64,000 nt of DNA from Bacilli bacterium. GTDB lineage: Bacteria; Bacillota_I; Bacilli_A; RF39; UBA660. Each line of letters begins with the position of its first letter. The stretch's first letter is position 1. Where the stretch lies: the NCBI GenBank assembly GCA_017513865.1, contig JAFWMN010000011.1, positions 142,752 through 206,751 of the forward strand, given 5' to 3'. The notes under the pieces were generated by a model that saw only the letters and a program-made list of their open reading frames with translations, was not told the origin of the DNA and made no database searches. The translations under genes were made by a program, and so were the position numbers. Positions 52,261 through 61,905 of this stretch are shown piece by piece.

Positions 52261-52674
52261 TTATTTCTTATCATTTCTTCTAAGGCCAAAATCAAAATCC
52301 TGATCGCTATTCACTGCTGTCATTGAAATTGTTTTAAATAAATCATCTAAATCTAAAACCTCATCATTAACTTCATCAATTTTTTCTTCTTTTGAAGGGT
52401 AAAGATCTAAAACTTCAATTTCCTCTTCTTGTTTATTTAAAGGTTGTATTGCTGCATTTAATGGTTGTGGATTAGTTGCTGATTTTTCTTTTTTCTTAAA
52501 CATTTTAGAAAAAATAGATTCCTTTTTTTCTTTTGAATTATTAATTACATCATTTTCTTTTTTTCTATATTCTCCACTAGGCTTATTCTTTTCCTTCTTT
52601 TGTCTAATTATTTTTAATATTAATAGTAAGCCAAAGCATATAATGGCTATTAAAACTAAAAAAACAATCCACAT
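52261..52674 (-). CDS. Small bitopic membrane protein with charged cytoplasmic tail
   Basis: N-terminal TM, Lys-rich then acidic tail (EEEIEVLDL, DEVLDLDDL). Confidence 0.55.
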   Translation of the reverse strand: MWIVFLVLIAIICFGLLLILKIIRQKKEKNKPSGEYRKKENDVINNSKEKKESIFSKMFKKKEKSATNPQPLNAAIQPLNKQEEEIEVLDLYPSKEEKIDEVNDEVLDLDDLFKTISMTAVNSDQDFDFGLRRNDKK

Positions 52675-52836
52675 AATATCAGCCTACCTTCTACTAATAA
52701 TTTTACCACAACTTAAAGATTATTAAAACATTTTTTTAATAAAAACTATTTACACAGAATTTACAACCACATAAATAAAAAAAAGTATTTTATTTATAAG
52801 CCATGATATAATAAAAATAAAGATAGGAGGTAATAT

Positions 52837-53427
52837 ATGACTAAAAATAAATTGAAATTTATCATAGCTATTATTGCCTTAATTATCTGCATTGGCCAAA
52901 TAAAGCAAACATATGCCAAATATACCGAATCAAAAACAGGTGACGCTGAATTCGAGGTTGCCTGCTGGCACATTTTATTAAATAACAGCGACATCACTGA
53001 AGGTTCTACAATGTCTTCACTCATAAATCCTGTTTATGAAAATAACACTAATGTTGCTTCTGGCGTAATTGCTCCTGGTAGTGAAGGATATTTTCTTATT
53101 GATATAAATGCCACTAATACCGAAGTTTCCTTTAGCTATAACATATCTATAACACCAGCTATTAGCACTGATGTTGAAGATTTAACAATAAGTGCTTATC
53201 AAATAGACAACGGTGCAATGAACTACGTTCAAAGTGGTATTAATAATTTAACCGGAAATATTAGTCACAATGCTCAAAACAAAACAATTAGTTTAAAAAT
53301 ATATTTCGAATGGTTTGAAGGACAAGGGGAACAAATGAATAACGCAGCTGATACTGCCGCTTCAGTCGGTGGTGGAACCGGTAAAATAAACATAAGTGCA
53401 ACATTCACTCAAATTGCAAACACTTAA
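52837..53427 (+). CDS. SipW-type-signal-peptide protein, divergently transcribed (paralogue of 39993 and 31242)
   Basis: RBS GGAGGT, KQTYA|KY, ACWHILLN, IAPG, EWFEGQG....ADT...G. Confidence 0.7.
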   Translation: MTKNKLKFIIAIIALIICIGQIKQTYAKYTESKTGDAEFEVACWHILLNNSDITEGSTMSSLINPVYENNTNVASGVIAPGSEGYFLIDINATNTEVSFSYNISITPAISTDVEDLTISAYQIDNGAMNYVQSGINNLTGNISHNAQNKTISLKIYFEWFEGQGEQMNNAADTAASVGGGTGKINISATFTQIANT

Positions 53428-53452
53428 AAGAAACCCGAAGGTTTCTTTTTTT
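53426..53452. terminator. Bidirectional intrinsic terminator
   Basis: AAAGAAACC-CGAA-GGTTTCTTT plus T run between convergent genes. Confidence 0.8.
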
Positions 53453-54392
53453 ATTTGTCCATAATTACGGTTCCCGAAACTCCTTTAATTGCCTCACTCG
53501 CTTTTTCAAGTGAACCAATTATCGCTTTTTTAGTAGGATTTCCTTTTACAAAGTCAATACAAGCTTCGATTTTCGGAAGCATGCTTCCCTTAGCAAATTC
53601 ATCATTTTTCATATAATTCAAAGCTTCTTCAACAGTTAATTTATCTAAAGACTCTTGATTCTCTTTGTTAAAATTAATACAAACTTTATCTATTGCTGTT
53701 AAAATAAGTAGTATATCAGCATCTAATTCTTTAGCTAAAAGCGAAGCTGAACGGTCTTTGTCAATAACTGCTTCCACCCCTTCTAATAGCTTTATTCTAT
53801 CTTCTTTTACTACTGGTATTCCCCCACCACCAACTGCAATAACAATAACATCATTATCTACAAGCTGCTTAATAACTCTTTTTTCCAAAATATCTTTAGG
53901 CATTGGTGAAGGAACAACTCTTCTATATCCCCTTCCTGCGTCTTCTATAAAAGTATAACCCTTTTCAGAAACTATTTCATCGGCTTCTTCTTTAGTATAA
54001 AACTTGCCTATTGGTTTAGTTGGATTGTCAAAAGCATTATCATTTGGATCAACTAAAACTTGTGTAATTAAAGTTGCACAATCTTTTTTTATTTTTTGTC
54101 TTTCTAGTTCATCTTGAATACATTGCTGCATCTGATAGCCAATATAACCTTGACTCATTGAACCACATTCTGGAAAAGGCATATCAGGAGTTTTAACTTC
54201 TCCATGAGCTGAATAATCCATAGCTAAAAATATTTGACCAACTTGTGGCCCATTTCCATGTGTTAAAACTATTTTGTTTCCGTCTTTTACTAAATCCACT
54301 ATTATTTTAGCAACACCTTCAAGTAAATTTAATTGTTCGCTCTGTGAATTACCTAAAGCATTACCACCTAAAGCAATAACTATTTTGCTCAT
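53451..54392 (-). CDS. arcC: Carbamate kinase
   Basis: IALGGNAL, THGNGPQVG, RRVVPSP.P, GGGGIPV, AVIDKD, GSMLPKIEA. Confidence 0.97.
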   Translation of the reverse strand: MSKIVIALGGNALGNSQSEQLNLLEGVAKIIVDLVKDGNKIVLTHGNGPQVGQIFLAMDYSAHGEVKTPDMPFPECGSMSQGYIGYQMQQCIQDELERQKIKKDCATLITQVLVDPNDNAFDNPTKPIGKFYTKEEADEIVSEKGYTFIEDAGRGYRRVVPSPMPKDILEKRVIKQLVDNDVIVIAVGGGGIPVVKEDRIKLLEGVEAVIDKDRSASLLAKELDADILLILTAIDKVCINFNKENQESLDKLTVEEALNYMKNDEFAKGSMLPKIEACIDFVKGNPTKKAIIGSLEKASEAIKGVSGTVIMDK

Positions 54393-54461
54393 TATATCAC
54401 CATTCTTTCTAACTTAATTATAACATAATATACTAAAAAATAAATTTCTTTTTTAAGGCAC

Positions 54462-54489
54462 AAAAAAAGTTGGCATAAAACCAACTTTT
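54462..54489 (-). terminator. Intrinsic terminator after aguA
   Basis: AAAAGTTGG-N7-CCAACTTTT followed by T run. Confidence 0.65.
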
Positions 54490-55579
54490 ATTCTGGTAAT
54501 TGTTGTGTAATACAGTGAATATTTCCTCCACCAAGTAAGATCTCACGAGCATATATAGGCTCAATTTTTCTATCAGGGAAAACTTGTTCTAAAAGCTTAA
54601 TAGCTTTTTCATCATTAGGATCATTAAATACTGGTAAAGCAATGAATCCATTTCCTGTATAGAAATTAACATAACTAGCAGCTAGTCTGTCTCCTTCTTC
54701 TCTTGGTAAAGTTCCATCGACTGAATCAACACCTTCACTTTCCTCTTTAGTTATTAAGATTGGTGAAGGAGTATACATTTTATGAATAGTAAGTTTACGT
54801 CCTTTAGCGTCAGTTTCCTTACTTAAATATTCATAAGCTTCAACACTTCTCTCATATTGAGGATCATTTTCATCATCTGTCCATGCAAGAAGCACTTCAC
54901 CTGGTTTAACAAAATTGCACATATTATCAACATGCCCATTAGTTTCATCATTGTAAATACCGCGAGGTATCCATAAAACTTTTTCACAATTTAAATATTC
55001 ACATAATTTCTTCTCAATTTCTTCTCTTGAAAGATCTGGATTACGTCCCTCTGACAAAAGACATTCCTCTGTAACCATAACAGTTCCTTCACCATCAACA
55101 TGAATAGAACCACCTTCTAATACAAAGTCATCAACTCTATAACGATCAACTCTTTCAAGTTCACACATTTTCATTGCAATTTTGTCATCAGAATCCCAAG
55201 GGAAATATAAACCATCTACTAAACCACCCCAAGCGTTAAAAGTCCAATCGACACCGCGAGTTTCGCCTTTATCATTAATGACAAAAGTAGCTCCACAGTC
55301 TCTAACCCATGAATCATCATTGGCCATTTCAACTACTCTAACATAGTCTTTTAAAACTTCTCTAGCATTAGAATATTGTGCTTTACTAACGATCATTGTC
55401 ATAGGTTCATATTTACCAATTGTATTAGCCACTTCAGCAAATACAGCTTGTGCTGGCTTAGCTCCTAAACGCCAGTTATCTGGTCTTTCAGGCCAAATCA
55501 TATAGCATCCGGCATGTTTTTCAAATTCTCCAGGCATTCTAAATCCATCTTGTTTAGGTGTTGTTTTTAATTTTTTCAT
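54488..55579 (-). CDS. aguA: Agmatine deiminase
   Basis: [57 protein letters not shown]. Confidence 0.97.
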   Translation of the reverse strand: MKKLKTTPKQDGFRMPGEFEKHAGCYMIWPERPDNWRLGAKPAQAVFAEVANTIGKYEPMTMIVSKAQYSNAREVLKDYVRVVEMANDDSWVRDCGATFVINDKGETRGVDWTFNAWGGLVDGLYFPWDSDDKIAMKMCELERVDRYRVDDFVLEGGSIHVDGEGTVMVTEECLLSEGRNPDLSREEIEKKLCEYLNCEKVLWIPRGIYNDETNGHVDNMCNFVKPGEVLLAWTDDENDPQYERSVEAYEYLSKETDAKGRKLTIHKMYTPSPILITKEESEGVDSVDGTLPREEGDRLAASYVNFYTGNGFIALPVFNDPNDEKAIKLLEQVFPDRKIEPIYAREILLGGGNIHCITQQLPE

Positions 55580-56991
55580 TCTTTATCCTCTTCTTTACCA
55601 ACGTGTGCAACTAAAACCTCTTCACAAATAAATGATAAAATTACTCCTGCAAATAATGGTTTATTATCCATAATGTATCCTATTGAAAAATCACCAAATA
55701 AAGTAAATAGAATACCAGCAATTAAAATAACAAATGGTACAATAGCCATTACTTTAATCATAGTTTTTCCACCTGGCACTTTATAAGGTCTTTTAGCATT
55801 TTTATCTGTTTTTCTAAGTTTTAAGAAAGCCATAAACATTGGTACATAACCAATTAATAATGTAATCCAGCTTAAATGGAAGAATAAGCTAAATGAAGCC
55901 CCAAAATCTTCACTAATAGAATTAGCAATAATTCCACCAACAACAATTATTGAAGCAACTACACCATTAATAATTGAAGCCATGTAAGGAACGCCTTCTT
56001 CATTAACTGGTGTGAACATTTTTGGCATACCACCATCTAAAGCAGCATATCTTGCAACTTCATTAACGCCAAATGACCATGAAGCAATATTTGCAATAAA
56101 TGTATAAATAAACATTGCGCCAGCGATAATTACAAGTGTTCTAATCATTGAACTACCAATTCCTACTGTTGCAAATAAAGTAGTTAACACTTCAACAACG
56201 TTTCCTGGATCCAAATTAGCTACTGTGTCAGCAGATAAAGCTATGTTAAATCCAGCTGCTGGAAGTACATAGAACACAGCCATTAAAAGGCCACCAATAA
56301 TCAAAGCTTTTGGAATTTGCTTTTTAGGATCTTCCATATCTTCAGCCCAAGTTCCAACTACCTCAAATCCCATAAAGTTAAATAAGATAATTGAAATAAA
56401 TGGAAGTCCTGTATCAATATTTAATGATAAATCAGGTATTAAATCTTTAAAGCTAGTAATAGGATTAGCGCTTTGTCCAGTTTTCATAAATACATAAATA
56501 CCTAAAAGTCCAATACCTAATAACAATACTATTTTAAAGAATGTACCTAAATTTACGATATATTTACTTTCACCAATTCTTTGCGTTCCTAGTAGTGAAA
56601 CTAACCACACATAAGATAATTGTAAAAGTAAAAGCATCCATATAGAAAGTTCAATATCAAACATTCCTGCAATAATATCTGTAATTGCTACTGCTAAAGA
56701 AGCAATCCAAAGTGGGAAATTAACCCAATAATTCCAAGCAACACGGCTTGCCCATTTTGGACCAAAAGCACGTTTTACCCAGTCATACATTCCACCTTCA
56801 CTTGGATAAGTTGTTCCAAGTTCGGCAGTAATCATACCATAAGGTAAGCAGAATGCTATAAGTAAGAAAATCCACCAGAAATATTGTGTATTTCCAATAG
56901 CAGCTGTTGGCATGACAGATTCACAAACTAAAGTTAAACAAACTGTACCAAGAATGGCATCAACTAATCTAAACTTTTTTTTCGTTTTCAT
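55576..56991 (-). CDS. aguD: Agmatine/putrescine antiporter (APC family)
   Basis: Multi-TM APC protein with [21 protein letters not shown], located between aguB and aguA. Confidence 0.88.
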   Translation of the reverse strand: MKTKKKFRLVDAILGTVCLTLVCESVMPTAAIGNTQYFWWIFLLIAFCLPYGMITAELGTTYPSEGGMYDWVKRAFGPKWASRVAWNYWVNFPLWIASLAVAITDIIAGMFDIELSIWMLLLLQLSYVWLVSLLGTQRIGESKYIVNLGTFFKIVLLLGIGLLGIYVFMKTGQSANPITSFKDLIPDLSLNIDTGLPFISIILFNFMGFEVVGTWAEDMEDPKKQIPKALIIGGLLMAVFYVLPAAGFNIALSADTVANLDPGNVVEVLTTLFATVGIGSSMIRTLVIIAGAMFIYTFIANIASWSFGVNEVARYAALDGGMPKMFTPVNEEGVPYMASIINGVVASIIVVGGIIANSISEDFGASFSLFFHLSWITLLIGYVPMFMAFLKLRKTDKNAKRPYKVPGGKTMIKVMAIVPFVILIAGILFTLFGDFSIGYIMDNKPLFAGVILSFICEEVLVAHVGKEEDKE

Positions 56992-56992
56992 A

Positions 56993-57976
56993 CTACTCTC
57001 CTAAATTCTCCTTACAAATTTTTATTGTTTCATCTTTTTTACCCATAAAATATACAAGTAAACCACGCATAGCCGTTAATCTGTTTTCAGCCTCGTCAAA
57101 GCAAATAGATACATTTGGATCATCCATTACTTCATCTGTAACTTCTTCTCCCCTAGTTGCTGGAAGACAATGCATAAATTTAACATTAGGACTACACTTT
57201 GAAAGTAATTCCTTATTTACTTGATATTTTGGATAAAATATCTTCATCCTCTCTTCTTTTGGAAGTTCAGATTCATAAAGACCATACCATACATCAGTAT
57301 AGATAAAGTCTGCATCAGTTAAAGCTTCTTCAGGATTATCAGTAATTAAATATGAGCCACCACTTTCCTTACAATTAGCTTCAGCTATTTCCAAATATTT
57401 TCCACGCAATTGGAAATCTTTCGGACCATAGTGAACAAAATGTCCACCAAGTTTAGTAATCATCATCATTAAAGATGCACAAACTTGTGTACAATCTCCA
57501 ACAAAGACTACTTTACAATCTTCAATACTTTTACCTTCCGGCATATGTTCAAAGATTGTAATAATGTCACCCATCTCTTGCGTCGGATGATTATAATCAC
57601 TCATACCATTAATAACAGGAACCGTTGCGAATTGGGCCAGTTCAGCAACCGTTTTATGTTCAATGACACGAGCCATCATAATATCTACAAGTCTTGAAAG
57701 AACAATTGAAGTATCTTTCATACTCTCATGTTTTCCAAGTTGTATTTGTCCTGGAGCAAGATATTGAGCATGTCCACCTAACTGCGTCATAGCCGTTTCA
57801 AAAGAAACTCTAGTACGAGTTGATGGTTGTTCAAATATCATTCCTAATGTCTTATGATATAAAACATTAAGAGGATATCCCGCTTTGATATTCTTTTTTA
57901 TAAGAATACTTAAATTAAGAATATCTAAAAGCTCTTCCTTTGTAAAATCTTCAGTCGTAATATAATGACGTAACAC
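56993..57976 (-). CDS. aguB: Putrescine carbamoyltransferase
   Basis: [30 protein letters not shown] (PTC-type loop), HCLP, operon context. Confidence 0.92.
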   Translation of the reverse strand: MLRHYITTEDFTKEELLDILNLSILIKKNIKAGYPLNVLYHKTLGMIFEQPSTRTRVSFETAMTQLGGHAQYLAPGQIQLGKHESMKDTSIVLSRLVDIMMARVIEHKTVAELAQFATVPVINGMSDYNHPTQEMGDIITIFEHMPEGKSIEDCKVVFVGDCTQVCASLMMMITKLGGHFVHYGPKDFQLRGKYLEIAEANCKESGGSYLITDNPEEALTDADFIYTDVWYGLYESELPKEERMKIFYPKYQVNKELLSKCSPNVKFMHCLPATRGEEVTDEVMDDPNVSICFDEAENRLTAMRGLLVYFMGKKDETIKICKENLGE

Positions 57977-58044
57977 TACTCGACATTCTCCTTTCTATTA
58001 TACATTTTTACTATAACATAAAAAGATTATATTTTCAATATAAT

Positions 58045-59043
58045 CTATTTTATATCTGCCCAAAGTTTATCATAATTTTTAATATCAAGACCAATGTTTT
58101 TTACATAAAAACCTTTACTGAAAACATGATCAACTGAAACTTTGCTTTTTTGGGTAATTTTGAGAGGACTAATATAAGGATATTCCTCAGTTATTTTTAG
58201 AGCCACCTCTTTCCTCATTAAATAATTTATAAATAAATATGCATTATTAATATTTTTAGCACCTTTAACAATCGTATAATTATCAGTACTTATCGCGTGT
58301 CCTTCGCTAGGATAAATAATTTCAATATTAGGATTTTCCTCTTTGGCAATTTCTGCTTCGGCATGCCACATAATTCCAATATCGGCCTCTTCAGTGATAA
58401 AGAAAGTTTTTGGACTGTCACTATCATAAGCTTTAACATTATCCTTTAAATCTAAAAGCCATTCTTTAGCTTCATCTAAATGATAAATATTAGTATCATT
58501 CATATCGTAGCCTTTTGCAAGAAGAGCCATACCGATTATTATTCGTTGATCGTCAATTAAAACAATATTATTCTTATATTTTTCATTTAATAAATCATTA
58601 TAACTAGATATATTATCTTTTAAGTGATTTCGATTAACCGCCATAACTACAATTGTTGATAAAAATGGTAAAGAATAATCATTACTCATATCATAAGTTT
58701 GATTCAAAAACGTTCTATCAACATTCACACTATTAGAAAGTTTATTTTTATCAATTTTTTGAAGTAATCCTTTACTTATTAAAAGTTCTACCATATAATC
58801 ACTAGGAAAAATAACATCATAAGTTCCTTCTTTTGAAGAAGATATTTTAGCAAGCAATTCCTCGTTAGATGAATAAGTACCATAATTAACTTTAATATTA
58901 TATTCATCTTCAAAATCTTTAATCACATTATCTGGGATATAAGAAGTCCAATTTAAAACATTTACTACACCTTTATAACTACTACCACTCGAACAGCCTG
59001 AAAGTAAAAATATAACAATCATCAAAACTATAACTTTTTTCAT
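58045..59043 (-). CDS. potD: Spermidine/putrescine ABC transporter substrate-binding lipoprotein
   Basis: Lipobox LLSGC, NVLNWTSYI, YSSNEEL, YDVIFPSDYM. Confidence 0.9.
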   Translation of the reverse strand: MKKVIVLMIVIFLLSGCSSGSSYKGVVNVLNWTSYIPDNVIKDFEDEYNIKVNYGTYSSNEELLAKISSSKEGTYDVIFPSDYMVELLISKGLLQKIDKNKLSNSVNVDRTFLNQTYDMSNDYSLPFLSTIVVMAVNRNHLKDNISSYNDLLNEKYKNNIVLIDDQRIIIGMALLAKGYDMNDTNIYHLDEAKEWLLDLKDNVKAYDSDSPKTFFITEEADIGIMWHAEAEIAKEENPNIEIIYPSEGHAISTDNYTIVKGAKNINNAYLFINYLMRKEVALKITEEYPYISPLKITQKSKVSVDHVFSKGFYVKNIGLDIKNYDKLWADIK

Positions 59044-59825
59044 TTAGCCGCCTCCATTATCTTTCGACCTTGAATAAATGCCGTTGTTGTTAAAACTATT
59101 ATTGTCACCAAAAGCATTAAAGTTGTTAAAGCATTAACATCAGGTGTAATTCCTGTTTTAATAATCGAATAAATTTTAAGCGGTAAAGTATTACTTCCTG
59201 GACCAGCAGTAAAGTAACTAATAACAACGTCATCTAACGATAAAGTAAAAGCTAATATTGCTCCACTAACTGCTCCTGGTTTTATTTGTGGTAAAGTTAT
59301 CTTGAAAAATGTTTTAAAATTACTTGCCCCCAAATCATGAGCCGCCTCTTCATAAGTTTTTAATCGATCATTCAAAGTTGATCTTACGCTAACTACGACA
59401 AATGGAATTGAAAAAGCGATATGTGATAAAATTATCGTAAATAAACCAAGTTCAAGTTTCATTAAAGTGTATATAGATAAAAGAGATATACCTAATACTA
59501 TTTCCGGTATTACAATTGGAATATATAGTAAATTATTAATTAAATTCTTAAATGGAAAATTGTATTTCTTAAGGCCCACAGCCCCAATAACCCCGACAAC
59601 GGTTGAAATAACTGTACTAGTAATCGCAATAAGCATCGTATTAAAAAAGGCCATCAAAAGTTCCCTATTATCAAATAAATTCTTATACCAATCTAAAGTA
59701 AAATGTTCAAAAATAATATTCATTTTAGAGCTATTAAAAGAATATAAAACTAAAATGATTATCGGTAAATAAAGGAACAAAAATACAAAAGCAATAAATA
59801 TATTCTTGAATACTTTGTTTTTCAT
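59040..59825 (-). CDS. potC: Spermidine/putrescine ABC permease
   Basis: FLYLPI..LV.YSFN, EEAA.DLGA, LSLDD.VIS.F. Confidence 0.92.
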   Translation of the reverse strand: MKNKVFKNIFIAFVFLFLYLPIIILVLYSFNSSKMNIIFEHFTLDWYKNLFDNRELLMAFFNTMLIAITSTVISTVVGVIGAVGLKKYNFPFKNLINNLLYIPIVIPEIVLGISLLSIYTLMKLELGLFTIILSHIAFSIPFVVVSVRSTLNDRLKTYEEAAHDLGASNFKTFFKITLPQIKPGAVSGAILAFTLSLDDVVISYFTAGPGSNTLPLKIYSIIKTGITPDVNALTTLMLLVTIIVLTTTAFIQGRKIMEAAK

Positions 59826-60680
59826 TTACATACCTCCCAAATCATCAAGTTTTCCGCCCAATTTTTTATAAATTTGTACTAGTCCAAAAGTCACAATTAT
59901 TAAGAAAATTGATATTGCTGATCCAAGTGGCCAATTTCTAGCTGTCAAGAACTGATTTTTAATGAGATTACCAATTATCATCGCCTTTCCGCCACCTAAA
60001 ATATCCGCAATAAAGAAATATCCAATTGCTGGTATAAATACCATTAAAGAACCATTAAATACTCCAGAAATCGTTTCTGGAACAATTATTTTTCTAAATA
60101 TACTAATAGGTCCTGCTCCTAAATCACGAGCTGCTTCAATTAAAGACTGATCTATCTTAAATACCGCACTAGATACTGGCAAAATCATAAAAGGCAGTAA
60201 AGTATATGTCATACCAATGACAATACCTAAATTGTTATACATTAAATTTAAAGGGTGATCTATAATGTTTAAATTAATTAAAGCTGAATTAATAATTCCT
60301 GTTTTTCTAAGCAAAACAATCCACCCATAAGTTCTTATTAAAGAGTTTGTTAAAAATGGAACCATAACAAGCTTAATCATTAAATTTCTTGTTTTTTCAC
60401 TTTTGTCACGTAAAAATATTGAAAATGGATAAGATATTAATATACATAAAAAAGTCGATGACAGAGCAATTAAAGAAGATTTTAAAAATATTTTCACATA
60501 AGTTATATCAAAAATTGTAAAATAATTAGATAAAGTAAAATGATATATTATTCCTCCGTATGAATCACTTTCACAAAAACTTAAAAACAAAATATAAACT
60601 AATGGAAGTAATATAAGAAGAATAGCATAAACAATAACTGGGGTTAAACATATAAATTTGAATAGATTATTCTTTTTCAT
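59826..60680 (-). CDS. potB: Spermidine/putrescine ABC permease
   Basis: NSLIRTYGW, LPFMILP, LIEAARDLGA, RNWPLGSA. Confidence 0.92.
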   Translation of the reverse strand: MKKNNLFKFICLTPVIVYAILLILLPLVYILFLSFCESDSYGGIIYHFTLSNYFTIFDITYVKIFLKSSLIALSSTFLCILISYPFSIFLRDKSEKTRNLMIKLVMVPFLTNSLIRTYGWIVLLRKTGIINSALINLNIIDHPLNLMYNNLGIVIGMTYTLLPFMILPVSSAVFKIDQSLIEAARDLGAGPISIFRKIIVPETISGVFNGSLMVFIPAIGYFFIADILGGGKAMIIGNLIKNQFLTARNWPLGSAISIFLIIVTFGLVQIYKKLGGKLDDLGGM

Positions 60681-60681
60681 A

Positions 60682-61749
60682 TTACTTCTCCCTTATCGGA
60701 ATAACACTACCCTTATCTATTTTTAAATAAACCTCATCTGAAACATTAAATAAAACATTTCCTTTTGCCGTAACTTTTAATTTAAATGCATTACCAACAC
60801 CAACAACTAATTTAGTAATAACCCCATCATATATTACTTCTTTTACCTCACCTTTAAGACCATCTTGTAAAGCACTTTTAGATATTTTAATATTTTCCGG
60901 TCTAATCATTATACTAATTTTATTTCCGACTTTATCCTTCTCATCTTTATCAAAAATTAAAGTGATTTTATTTTTTGTTTTAACATGAATAGTATTTCCT
61001 TTAATACCAGTTATTTCCGCTTTAATCAAATTAGATTCACCAATAAAATCAGCCACAAAAGCTGTTTTTGGATATTGGTATATGTTTTGAGGAGTATCAT
61101 CTTGCTGAACTTTTCCCTTTTCAATTATAACTATTCGATCGCTCATAGTTAAGGCTTCATCTTGATCATGTGTTACATAAATAAAAGTTAATCCTAATTT
61201 TTTCTGCAATTTTTTAAGTTCAATTTGCATCATTCTTTTAAGTTTTAAATCAAGTGAACATAGCGATTCATCTAAAAGCAATACCTTAGGATGCATTACA
61301 ATTCCACGAGCTATTGCTACCCTTTGTTGTTGTCCACCAGAAAGTTGATCAGGATATCGTTCTTCAAAACCATCAAGTTCAACTAAATCTAAAGCTTTTT
61401 TAACTTCTTTTTTAATAACTTCTTCTTTTTCTTTTCGCATTCTAAGACCAAAGGCCACATTTTCAAATACCGTCATATGAGGAAATAAAGCAAAATTCTG
61501 AAATATTGTATTTACTTCTCTTTTTTCCGCACTCACCTCAGTAACGTCTTCATCACCAATATAAACCTTTCCTTCAGTAACATGTTCAAGACCAGATATT
61601 ATCCTAAGAATTGTCGTTTTACCACAACCAGAAGAACCCAATATTGTTAAAAATTCACCTTCAAATATTTCTAAATCTAAATTCTTAATGACATATTTAC
61701 CTTCATCAAAACATTTACTAACATTTTCCAGTTTTACTATAGGTTCCAT
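60682..61749 (-). CDS. potA: Spermidine/putrescine ABC ATP-binding protein
   Basis: GSSGCGKT, VNTIFQNFALFPHM, LSGGQQQR, LLLDE, TOBE-type C-terminus. Confidence 0.93.
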   Translation of the reverse strand: MEPIVKLENVSKCFDEGKYVIKNLDLEIFEGEFLTILGSSGCGKTTILRIISGLEHVTEGKVYIGDEDVTEVSAEKREVNTIFQNFALFPHMTVFENVAFGLRMRKEKEEVIKKEVKKALDLVELDGFEERYPDQLSGGQQQRVAIARGIVMHPKVLLLDESLCSLDLKLKRMMQIELKKLQKKLGLTFIYVTHDQDEALTMSDRIVIIEKGKVQQDDTPQNIYQYPKTAFVADFIGESNLIKAEITGIKGNTIHVKTKNKITLIFDKDEKDKVGNKISIMIRPENIKISKSALQDGLKGEVKEVIYDGVITKLVVGVGNAFKLKVTAKGNVLFNVSDEVYLKIDKGSVIPIREK

Positions 61750-61905
61750 TTTTACCCCTCCCTACTATTTTCATAATACCATAATTTAATTTAAAAATAA
61801 ATAAAAACTGGGCTACTAAAAACAAAAAAATGTTACATTTATTAATAACTAAAACATTTTACAAAAATATGAATATAATAATATGAAAAGAAAGGAGAAG
61901 ATATT

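Noticed and set aside
31242-53427. Type IV pilus / Tad / Com pseudopilus or sortase-assembled pilus
   Set aside because: The hydrophobic segment precedes the cleavage site (class III prepilins have it after G|F...E5). There is no PilB/TadA, PilC or prepilin peptidase, no LPxTG or YPKN pilin motifs, and no class C sortase in the locus.
43223-53427. Diversity-generating retroelement or invertible phase-variation switch acting on the adhesin or pilins
   Set aside because: No reverse transcriptase, recombinase, adenine-specific TR/VR pair or flanking inverted repeats were seen in the window.
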